Below, one piece after another: positions 1 to 6,966 of a stretch of 12,780 nucleotides of DNA. Every line of letters starts with the position of its first letter. Within the stretch, counting starts at the first letter, position 1. Position numbers and translations under genes: made by a program. The notes beneath the pieces were generated by a model. That model did no database searches. It saw nothing but the letters and a program-made list of their open reading frames with translations, and was not told the DNA's origin. Source of the DNA: Pseudomonadota bacterium (GTDB taxonomy: Bacteria > Bdellovibrionota > FAC87 > UBA2466); NCBI GenBank assembly GCA_043718025.1, contig JAYSWN010000065.1, positions 1 to 12,780 of the forward strand, given 5' to 3'.

Positions 1-708
1 CGCCAAAGTAAGCTCGCTCTCCACACCCTCGGTGACGTCAGTGTGGCGGTGAAAACCTGGCTCGTAAAAGAGGTTGTGGAAAACTAAATGGGTGTACTCG
101 TGCACCATGATTCCCAAATTCAGACCGAGCGGAAGATCTGAAACGTCTTTGGTGGGGTAGCTGATCAAGTAATTAAGTAGGGTGCCGTCGGCCTTATTGT
201 GCGGAAAATACTCAGCATTATCTAAAACGTAAGGCCCCCCCGTAGTGTCGGCCCGTTTAGCGTCAGCGATCAGAACAGTCTTGGCGCCGAACGAGCTATC
301 TTTAGTTACAAAATCGGCCGCAGAATTAAGGCGGGCGTGCAGCTTGTATCCCACTTCCGTTGCGTAGTAGAGGCTCGCGCCCAACAGGCTGCGGAAATCA
401 CCCGCCACATAGCCGTCCGAACCTTTTACAAATTGGGTGTCGATCGACAGAAAGCCCGCCCCGGATTCTAACGTAGCGGGGTTAGCATCGATGTTACCGG
501 GAAAATACACCACGCGGCCCAGAGATCCCTGCAACGCCGAGAGTGAGGTCAAAGTGTCTAAGCGTGCCGGCGCCACCCTATAGCCACACTTGCGGCCCTG
601 AACGAGCTGAATCACGCTTACCGACACCGGCCCATTGGGAAGTGTTTCACCACAACCCCCAAGCAGCATCAAGGCAGCCACCATCCAGAACAATTTTTGG
701 GAACTCAC
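1..708 (-). CDS. Putative lipoprotein zinc metallopeptidase (HExxH, thermolysin/M4- or M36-like gluzincin); 3' end runs off the window
   Basis: Not in the ORF track; translated by hand. The frame is open from GTG at 708 to position 1, with an in-frame TGA a few codons upstream of the start. N-terminus MSSQKLFWMVAALMLLGG-C is a signal peptide with a lipobox (Cys codon 654-652). It also contains LDNAEYFP and LGIMVHEYTHLVF (HEYTH at 102-88). Confidence 0.8.
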   Translation of the reverse strand, partial: MSSQKLFWMVAALMLLGGCGETLPNGPVSVSVIQLVQGRKCGYRVAPARLDTLTSLSALQGSLGRVVYFPGNIDANPATLESGAGFLSIDTQFVKGSDGYVAGDFRSLLGASLYYATEVGYKLHARLNSAADFVTKDSSFGAKTVLIADAKRADTTGGPYVLDNAEYFPHNKADGTLLNYLISYPTKDVSDLPLGLNLGIMVHEYTHLVFHNLFYEPGFHRHTDVTEGVESELTLA

Positions 709-783
709 ATCCACTGCGGCATCCGTTTCAAAAAACGTACAACTAGATCATCAGCGCAACTAAACAACGATTGCCAGTAGTAG

Positions 784-800
784 AGCAGAAGTTGTGCCAG
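784..800 (-). promoter_or_regulatory. Sigma54 (-24/-12) promoter for the lipoprotein peptidase gene
   Basis: Minus strand reads CTGGCACAACTTCTGCT versus consensus YTGGCACGNNNNTTGCW, with exact GG-N10-GC spacing. Correctly oriented; predicted TSS near 773, about 65 nt upstream of the GTG. Confidence 0.65.
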
Positions 801-848
801 CAGACTCCCGTATTCTGTGTGGAGGCCCCTCCCCGAATACGCCACCGG

Positions 849-870
849 GCCGCAGATTGGCCGCAATTTG
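849..870. promoter_or_regulatory. 11-bp tandem repeat, candidate enhancer-binding-protein site
   Basis: GCCGCAGATTG (849-859) followed by GCCGCAATTTG (860-870): 9/11 identity with one-helical-turn period, about 75-100 bp upstream of the predicted sigma54 TSS. Confidence 0.3.
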
Positions 871-882
871 TCACTTCATCAT

Positions 883-928
883 CAAAAGGTGCCCATCTAC
901 TTTTCCAAAAGGTGCCCATCTACTTTTC
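883..928. repeat. Perfect 23-bp tandem direct repeat (2 copies)
   Basis: CAAAAGGTGCCCATCTACTTTTC at 883-905 and 906-928. Each unit has its own AAAAG...CTTTT dyad. Confidence 0.97.
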
Positions 929-996
929 AGCCGGAAAAGTGCCGGGTGCGAATTGCCCGCGACCTTTTCAGCTGAAAAGTAGATGGGCACCTTTTG
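906..996. repeat. 91-bp element with perfect 26-bp terminal inverted repeats (REP doublet/REPIN- or MITE-like)
   Basis: 906-931 (CAAAAGGTGCCCATCTACTTTTCAGC) is the exact reverse complement of 971-996 (GCTGAAAAGTAGATGGGCACCTTTTG). The spacer 934-969 is again bounded by GAAAAG...CTTTTC and holds a CGGG/CCCG stem. The repeat itself is certain; the family assignment is inference. Confidence 0.9.
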
Positions 997-1022
997 CCAG
1001 CATTTCCGAAGTGAGTTACGCT
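994..1022 (+). promoter_or_regulatory. Putative sigma70-type promoter for lgt
   Basis: TTGCCA (994-999), 17-bp spacer, TACGCT (1017-1022), ending 8 nt before the ATG at 1031. Confidence 0.5.
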
Positions 1023-1030
1023 GGCACACC

Positions 1031-1840
1031 ATGACCAACTATTGGCATCAGCCAGACATTAGCCCGGTACTGCTTCACATTTGGGGACCCTTTCAAATTC
1101 GCTGGTACTCACTGTTGTATGTCGGCGGTTTTTTAGTAGGCCGCACTATTCTTAAAAAATTGTCGCGCAACCCGCGCTTCTTATTCACTTCCGAAGACGT
1201 TGATCAAATTATTGTGTGGCTCCTGATCGGCTGTGTCATCGGAGCGCGACTCATCTACTGCGTGGTTTACGACGCACCTAGTTTTTTCTCAAATCCACTT
1301 ACCGTTTTTCAGATTTACAAAGGCGGCCTGTCCTTTCACGGCGGCCTGCTGGGGGTGATGGCGGGAGGCTACCTCTGGTCACGAAACAGGGGCATCCCCT
1401 TTTGGAATTTGGGTGATGCGATGGCCATCGCCACTCCGCTTGGTTTGGCCATGGGACGAATCGGAAACTTCATTAACGGCGAGCTTTACGGGCGGGTTTC
1501 CTACGTGCCTTGGGCAATCATTTTTAGAGATGGCGGTCCGGAACCCCGCCACCCTTCGCAGTTATACGAATTGTTTCTCGAAGGCATCGTGCTTTTTATT
1601 TTTTTGTGGCTGGTAAAGGGGCGCTCGAAAAAAGACGGCTCAATCTCGGTGGCCTTCTTAATTGGCTATAGTGTTTGCCGTTTTATTGGCGAGGCGTTTA
1701 GAGAGCCGGATGCCCAGTTAGGTTATCTGACCGCGGGCATGACCATGGGGCAGGTTCTATCGCTGCTACAAATTTTAATAGCGGTGGTTTTAGGGATCTA
1801 CCTGTTGAGAGATACAGACCCGAAGCCAAGCGCCCGGTAG
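1031..1840 (+). CDS. lgt: Prolipoprotein diacylglyceryl transferase
   Basis: Motifs IRWYSLLY, GGLSFHGG, GRIGNFINGELYGR, RHPSQLYE and RFIGEAFREPD in a multi-pass membrane protein. Start moved from 983 (an ATG inside the inverted repeat) to 1031 (MTNYWHQPDISPV), giving 269 aa. Confidence 0.97.
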   Translation: MTNYWHQPDISPVLLHIWGPFQIRWYSLLYVGGFLVGRTILKKLSRNPRFLFTSEDVDQIIVWLLIGCVIGARLIYCVVYDAPSFFSNPLTVFQIYKGGLSFHGGLLGVMAGGYLWSRNRGIPFWNLGDAMAIATPLGLAMGRIGNFINGELYGRVSYVPWAIIFRDGGPEPRHPSQLYELFLEGIVLFIFLWLVKGRSKKDGSISVAFLIGYSVCRFIGEAFREPDAQLGYLTAGMTMGQVLSLLQILIAVVLGIYLLRDTDPKPSAR

Positions 1841-1848
1841 ACCGCCCA

Positions 1849-2133
1849 CTAAGCTTCGTTGCGCAGCGAATCAATTGAATCACGCGAAGCTTTGCGCAGG
1901 GTACTCACCACCGTCCGCAGTCTGCGACCCATGTGCTGCTTCTCTAATAGAATTGTATTTCCAATTTTGCGCTCAATCCTTTGCTTGGAAAGATTGAGTT
2001 GATTGATGAGCTTCTTCAAATCAATGGGCACGTCACGTTGCAAATGCTTTTCCGCGCTCTTTCTGAGGCCCGTGAGAGTGCGCTCAAGGTCATGATAAAC
2101 CTTCATCAAATCGGATAATTTGGCATCGCTCAT
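1849..2133 (-). CDS. Hypothetical small basic helical/coiled-coil protein (94 aa)
   Basis: ATG-started ORF filling the gap between lgt and the OMP gene. Rich in L/K/R with a heptad-like pattern; no recognised family. Confidence 0.65.
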   Translation of the reverse strand: MSDAKLSDLMKVYHDLERTLTGLRKSAEKHLQRDVPIDLKKLINQLNLSKQRIERKIGNTILLEKQHMGRRLRTVVSTLRKASRDSIDSLRNEA

Positions 2134-2203
2134 TATGCGGCGAGTCTCGCCCAGAAAAATCGTGTCGGCAAGCCGCAGTGCTTAAATTGGCGGATAAGGG
2201 TAA

Positions 2204-2920
2204 TCAGAACGGCGGAACAAAAACGGAGAGCCCTACGTTTACGCCGAAGTGGCTGGCGAACCGCTTTTTACCGTAGGCTTCTGAGTAAGCGAAGTAGTCG
2301 CGAAAATCGACAAGCAGTCCCACCACATTGGTGGCGAATAGCTTAAAGCCAAAGCCAAAGTTAAATCCAGGGTCCCAGCTCGTTTTTAGCGTGTTCTCCA
2401 CCAAGCTACCGGTGTCACCTGATAGCTTGACCACTTCCATATTGGTAAAACCTAGGCCGGCAACCATGTAGATATCGAAAAAAAGAGCAATGTTGCCAAA
2501 AAAGCGAATTTTTCCATAAAGCGGCGAAAATAAAAGATTGGTACCCAAAATCATTTTCATCTTGTTCACCTGCACATCGTACAAGGGCTCACCGGCGTTA
2601 GTGATTAACCCCCGGCCGTAATCGGTGATCGAAGGCAGTGGCAAGGTGACGTCTATAATTTCCCAGCCAAAGTGGTCCGACAGGTGCCACGTCAATCTAC
2701 CGCCCACCAAAAAGTGGTTCACGATGGAATCGAATGGCACAACGCCGAACGTCGGCGACAGTTCAAACTTTCCTGGTTTATAAAAGACTTTGTTACGCAC
2801 CACGGTTTCGGTGCTTCGCTCGTCATCGGTCTGCGAGGGTGAAATGCCCTCACTGGCAAATCCCACCGATCCGGTAAGTAGGTAAACGGTCGAAATTAGG
2901 GCAAGCCAGTTTCGCATCAT
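2204..2920 (-). CDS. Outer-membrane beta-barrel protein, myxobacteria/Bdellovibrio-type (GltA/GltB/GltH-like, TIGR04565-type)
   Basis: Signal peptide; N-terminal VVRNKVFYKPGKFELSP; SPLYGK...FDIYMVAGLG motif; alternating amphipathic strands; C-terminal Phe. Family recognised from memory, not by search. Confidence 0.75.
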   Translation of the reverse strand: MMRNWLALISTVYLLTGSVGFASEGISPSQTDDERSTETVVRNKVFYKPGKFELSPTFGVVPFDSIVNHFLVGGRLTWHLSDHFGWEIIDVTLPLPSITDYGRGLITNAGEPLYDVQVNKMKMILGTNLLFSPLYGKIRFFGNIALFFDIYMVAGLGFTNMEVVKLSGDTGSLVENTLKTSWDPGFNFGFGFKLFATNVVGLLVDFRDYFAYSEAYGKKRFASHFGVNVGLSVFVPPF

Positions 2921-3029
2921 GGTGATTTCCGTGTTTCGTTGCTAGGCGAGCAGGTTCAATAGACTCACTCTAATTGGAACACGCTCTCGCTTTTTTCTCA
3001 ATCACTCGTTGGCAAAATAGCGCGGCGAA

Positions 3030-5039
3030 TCAAAGAACCTGTTGCGGATCCACGTCCCAAGCGATGGCCACCCGCGTCTTAGCTTCGAGCGAACGTTTTT
3101 GCAGCGAGCGAATCAGAGTCTGAAGTTGACTGGCACTTGAGCTCTTAACCAGAATCTGCCAACGGTACTTACCATTTAATTTGAGCAAGGGAGATTCTGA
3201 GGGCCCCATCAGCGTACAACCGAGTTTGTGCTCTTGGTTGATGCGCTCGGCCCAACGAAATATCTCGTGCGCCCCCGCTTCTACGCGCCCCGGATTCACG
3301 TCCGTTAAACGGATGAGTGCCAAACGGGTGAACGGAGGAAAACCGTAAGTCTCACGCAGCTGGATCTCGTGCGTCATGAAGCTGCCAAAATCTTCGCCTT
3401 TCAAAATATCAAAAATGCGGTGAGCCGGATTATAAGTCTGTAGAAAAACTCGGCCCGCCTTCTCGCCACGGCCCGATCGACCCGCCACTTGAGTAAGCAA
3501 CTGATAGGTGCGCTCTTCGGCGCGAAAGTCTGGAAAATTTAACGTCGAGTCGGCCAACAGCACTCCCACCAGGGTGATGTGCGGGTAATCGTGCCCCTTG
3601 GCCAACATTTGCGTGCCGATCACGATATCCACTTGCTGCTGAGCGATCTGTTCAAGGGTGAACTCAAGCTGCTTTCTAGTTTTCACAACGCTACGATCTA
3701 AACGAATTAGCCGGGCTTCAGGAAACATCTCCTTTATGGAAGATTCTACCTGTTCGGTGCCCAAGCCCATCCCGTTTAAATTTGAACCGCTGCAGACTTC
3801 ACACAAATTAGGGCTTTTAAATTCGCTGGTGCAGTAATGGCATTTTAGGGTGAGCGTTGACTTGTAGTAAGTGAGCGACACTTCGCACTGCTTACAGCGC
3901 CAAGTGTGACCACAATCATTGCACAATAAGAACTGGGAGAAACCCAAACGGTTTAAGAACAGCAGCGACTGTTCTTTCTTTTCCAAATTACGACGAAGCT
4001 CATTGGCCAAGGTACGGCTCAACCACGAATACTTTTTTGAGGTGTCTGGATCGTCCCACTTTTCACGCGCGTCTTTAAGATCCACAACCTGAATATTTGG
4101 CATCGCGGCGTCGTTGGCGCGGTCTTTCATGCGTAGGTAGCCGTACTTTTTTTTCTGCGCTTGAAGGTAACTTTCAACCGAAGGGGTGGCCGAGCCCAGA
4201 ATCACCCGGGTTTTAAAAAAATGCCCCCGTAAAATTGCCACGTCGCGCGCGTGATAGCGAAAAGAATCTTCTTGTTTATAAGAACCTTCGTGTTCTTCAT
4301 CCACAATAATGAGTCCCAAATTTTTTAACGGCGCAAAGATCGCCGAGCGAGCGCCGACCACCACCTTGGCCTCGCCCGAACAGATTCGCAGCCATTCATT
4401 ACGCCGCTCTTTTGGGGTCAGGTCGCTATGCCAAACCGCCACCTCGCCGGGGAACCGTTGTGAAAAGCGATTCATCAGCTGCGGAGTCAACGAGATTTCG
4501 GGAACCAGAACGATCGCCCCAAGGCCACGCTTGCGATACTCCGCCAACGCTTGCAGATACACTTCGGTTTTTCCGCTGCCGGTCACGCCGTGCAAAAGCT
4601 GGGGCCGCTTGTCTTCGTCATTTAAAATCGCCGCCAGTGCCTCTTGTTGCGAAGGATTTAATTGCAAAGGTATTTGCGGAGCGGGAACGGCTACCTCTTT
4701 CGCCTTTCGACTTACCGTGCTCGACAATAAGACTTGTTTAGGCAACGCCGCCGAAAGCACCTCTCCGAGCGGATGGCAGTAGTAGTCGCTAAGCCATTTA
4801 AAAAAGGGGATCAGCTCACCGTCAAAAAGCGGAGCCGACAAAATTGAAGCAATTGGCTTTAATTTTTCTAAGGGGTAGTCGGAGGTCTCTGGAATGCCCA
4901 ACACCACGCCAATGGCGGTAGACTGCCGAAAGGGCACTTCCACGACGCAGCCGACTTTCATCTCGGCTTCTAACCCTTCAGGAATCCGGTAATGGAAGGT
5001 CTGAGGCAGGGGGACGGACACCGCAACATCAACAATCAT
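3030..5039 (-). CDS. priA: Primosomal protein N' (replication restart helicase)
   Basis: N-terminal 3'-binding domain (TFHY, VEVPF, WLSDYY), Walker A GVTGSGKTEVY, LVPEISLTPQ, VVVGARSAIFAP, DEEH, eight-Cys zinc region, GTQMLAKGHDYP, QVAGRSGR and C-terminal DVDP. Confidence 0.98.
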   Translation of the reverse strand: MIVDVAVSVPLPQTFHYRIPEGLEAEMKVGCVVEVPFRQSTAIGVVLGIPETSDYPLEKLKPIASILSAPLFDGELIPFFKWLSDYYCHPLGEVLSAALPKQVLLSSTVSRKAKEVAVPAPQIPLQLNPSQQEALAAILNDEDKRPQLLHGVTGSGKTEVYLQALAEYRKRGLGAIVLVPEISLTPQLMNRFSQRFPGEVAVWHSDLTPKERRNEWLRICSGEAKVVVGARSAIFAPLKNLGLIIVDEEHEGSYKQEDSFRYHARDVAILRGHFFKTRVILGSATPSVESYLQAQKKKYGYLRMKDRANDAAMPNIQVVDLKDAREKWDDPDTSKKYSWLSRTLANELRRNLEKKEQSLLFLNRLGFSQFLLCNDCGHTWRCKQCEVSLTYYKSTLTLKCHYCTSEFKSPNLCEVCSGSNLNGMGLGTEQVESSIKEMFPEARLIRLDRSVVKTRKQLEFTLEQIAQQQVDIVIGTQMLAKGHDYPHITLVGVLLADSTLNFPDFRAEERTYQLLTQVAGRSGRGEKAGRVFLQTYNPAHRIFDILKGEDFGSFMTHEIQLRETYGFPPFTRLALIRLTDVNPGRVEAGAHEIFRWAERINQEHKLGCTLMGPSESPLLKLNGKYRWQILVKSSSASQLQTLIRSLQKRSLEAKTRVAIAWDVDPQQVL

Positions 5040-5848
5040 CGATAGCTCAATAACACTGCCAATAGCGATTCGTCACTGCCACCGATGCTCGCATTCGAAC
5101 GCACGGGCTTGGGCTGCTTTTTCGAATCAGCGGTGTGAACCGCCACTAAAGAACTTTCGACCTGAACCTGGCCGTCGACCTCGAGGCTCAGAAGCTTAGG
5201 GTACGAGCCCAAGTTCTTTTGGCCTGCGAATTGTTGAAAATTCCACGCTACCAACTTTTCGCCTTCTTTCCATTCAAGTCGACGAATTCCCCGGTATTCG
5301 TTTTCAATGTAAAGCACCCGATCGTCACCCTGCCCATGCACGGCAATCGCTACATCGGTGGGAAGGCGCACTAAGAAAACGTCGGGCTGAATCAAAAAAT
5401 TCTCTTTCAGGTTCCAGGTCGCCGGATCATTCTCCATCACAAAACCCGCTTTATAAGTCTGCATTTGGCTGGGGCGAATAAACCCCTCAGCGGCCAAGGT
5501 AGTCAACAGCTCGTCGGCCGAACTTGATAGGAGATAACGCAAAAAAGCGGAGGAATGCGAACTGATACGATGATCGGCGTCGAGCGCGTAACCATCTTTA
5601 GTGCGCGACCCGGTAAACACTTGGCCGCGAGTTCGCCATACGAACTGAGTGCGGCCGCGATCTTGAAAAATTTGTTCTTCCACTTCGTTAAATTCGTTAC
5701 TGCCCGTACGTACGCGGTGGCGCAAGCCAATGTAAGTGGGCCGCGTGTTTCGCCCTTCGAGCACCTCTTTAACCATATTGGGGACCGAAGGCATGAAAGC
5801 GTAAGAGGTCACACTAAAAACGTAGACGATAAAGAGAAGACGCATCAT
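5036..5848 (-). CDS. Hypothetical exported protein (270 aa)
   Basis: Signal-peptide-like N-terminus (MMRLLFIVYVFSVTSYA-F). ATGA overlaps with both galU (5845-5848) and priA (5036-5039) indicate translational coupling. Confidence 0.8.
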   Translation of the reverse strand: MMRLLFIVYVFSVTSYAFMPSVPNMVKEVLEGRNTRPTYIGLRHRVRTGSNEFNEVEEQIFQDRGRTQFVWRTRGQVFTGSRTKDGYALDADHRISSHSSAFLRYLLSSSADELLTTLAAEGFIRPSQMQTYKAGFVMENDPATWNLKENFLIQPDVFLVRLPTDVAIAVHGQGDDRVLYIENEYRGIRRLEWKEGEKLVAWNFQQFAGQKNLGSYPKLLSLEVDGQVQVESSLVAVHTADSKKQPKPVRSNASIGGSDESLLAVLLSYR

Positions 5849-6729
5849 TTCATCCCCTTGAGATAGGCCCTAATCTCTTGAGCGAGCCCTGGTCGGGAGA
5901 GGGCAGAATCTACCACCGCCTGAACGAAACCGGCGGCACTTCCCACATCATACCGCGCCGTTTGGATTGTGACCGCCTTTAAATCCCCTTTTTTGGCCAC
6001 CGCATCCATGGCATCGGTCAGCTGAATCTCGCCGCCCGCCGCAGCTTTGGTTTTTTGCAGGTAGCCGAAAATTTCAGGTTCAAAAAGATACCGGCCGACT
6101 ATCGCGTAGTTACTTGGCGCCTTGTCTGGGTGTGGTTTCTCCACCGCAGATTTTACCGCCACTGGTTTTTCACCCACTTTTTGATTTCCGACATCAATAA
6201 TTCCATAAAGCGAGGTTTTGTCTTTAGCTACGCTCTGCACCGAAACGAAAGAGCCACTATTCTTCGCCGCCAACTCCGAAAGTTGGCTAAGCGGAGTCGC
6301 GCTCGGGTGCAGGCCAAAATTTGGGTATATTTCGTCGCCCAAAGCCACGGCGAAACGAGAATCTCCGACTATATGGCGAGCACAGAGCACAGCGTGGCCC
6401 AGACCGAGCGGCTCTTTTTGCCGCACGCTCATCACCTCACACATTTTACCCAGGGAATGAAGTTCCTCGGCCAATTGGTGTTTTCCCCGGTCGCGCAACG
6501 TTCTTTCAAGTGCCGGAGAAAAATCAAAGTAGTCTTCTAAGGCGGACTTGCCGTTTCCCGTAACGAAAATCACTTGATCCATCCCGGCATCCACCGCCTC
6601 ACGAACGATATAATGAATGGTTGGCACATCAATAATGGGCAGCATCTCTTTGGGAATCCCCTTACTGAAAGGGAGAGACCGCGTGCCTAAACCGGCGACG
6701 GGGATAACGATTTTGCTAACTCTTTTCAT
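5845..6729 (-). CDS. galU: UTP--glucose-1-phosphate uridylyltransferase
   Basis: Motifs VIPVAGLGTR...PKEMLPI, VRQKEPLGLGHAVLCA, VEKP, SNYAIVGRY, GGEIQLTDA and RYDVG. Confidence 0.95.
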   Translation of the reverse strand: MKRVSKIVIPVAGLGTRSLPFSKGIPKEMLPIIDVPTIHYIVREAVDAGMDQVIFVTGNGKSALEDYFDFSPALERTLRDRGKHQLAEELHSLGKMCEVMSVRQKEPLGLGHAVLCARHIVGDSRFAVALGDEIYPNFGLHPSATPLSQLSELAAKNSGSFVSVQSVAKDKTSLYGIIDVGNQKVGEKPVAVKSAVEKPHPDKAPSNYAIVGRYLFEPEIFGYLQKTKAAAGGEIQLTDAMDAVAKKGDLKAVTIQTARYDVGSAAGFVQAVVDSALSRPGLAQEIRAYLKGMK

Positions 6730-6738
6730 GGTTTGTTA

Positions 6739-6768
6739 ACTTTACTAGCACCCGCGAATTACCGCCAA
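6739..6768 (-). promoter_or_regulatory. Possible sigma70-type promoter for the galU-hypothetical-priA operon
   Basis: Minus strand: TTGGCG (6768-6763), 18-bp spacer, TAAAGT (6744-6739), ending 9 nt before the galU ATG. Confidence 0.35.
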
Positions 6769-6835
6769 CCCTTCCGTAATGGCGCCGCCGAAGGCCTTAG
6801 CAACTTAGCGGCCCTGCGCTCTACTGAATCATCAG

Positions 6836-6883
6836 GTGTGTTTGTAGATCCACAATGCGCCCAAGAGTGTGTGTTTTTTGACC
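6836..6883. promoter_or_regulatory. Candidate upstream activating sequences for the lpxC sigma54 promoter
   Basis: GTGTGTTTGTAGATC (6836-6850) and GTGTGTTTTTTGACC (6869-6883) are 12/15 identical and 33 bp apart. The first lies in a TGTG-N10-CACA dyad (6837-6854). Both are about 80-125 bp upstream of the predicted TSS. Confidence 0.45.
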
Positions 6884-6934
6884 TTAATAGCGCTCTGCGT
6901 CTTGGTAATTGCAACAGAATTCTGATTGCCGTAA

Positions 6935-6951
6935 TGGGCACTGCCGTTGCA
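6935..6951 (+). promoter_or_regulatory. Sigma54 (-24/-12) promoter for lpxC
   Basis: TGGGCACTGCCGTTGCA: GGCAC-N5-TTGCA with exact GG-N10-GC spacing (GG 6937-6938, GC 6949-6950). Predicted TSS near 6962. Confidence 0.7.
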
Positions 6952-6966
6952 TAGCAGTAAGCATTC

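Noticed and set aside
883..996. Possible mini CRISPR array
   Set aside because: The two direct copies abut with no spacer, the third copy is inverted, and there are no cas genes in the window.
983..1030. ORF-track N-terminal extension of lgt
   Set aside because: The ATG lies inside the inverted repeat and upstream of the putative promoter; Lgt-like sequence starts at ATG 1031.
543..1034. Short + strand ORFs 543-746, 771-1034 and 794-982
   Set aside because: They are antisense to the peptidase gene or run through promoter and repeat DNA; the repeated peptides merely reflect the DNA repeat.
1021..1037. CTGGCAC as a sigma54 -24 box before lgt (also GGGCAC...TTGC at 985-997)
   Set aside because: No GC at the required GG-N10-GC position: CC at 1035-1036, and a spacing of only 8-9 in the second case.
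2921..3029. Promoter or terminator between priA and the OMP gene (TTGAGA-17-TCCAAT on the minus strand)
   Set aside because: The -10 box lacks the conserved A and there is no strong hairpin; insufficient support.
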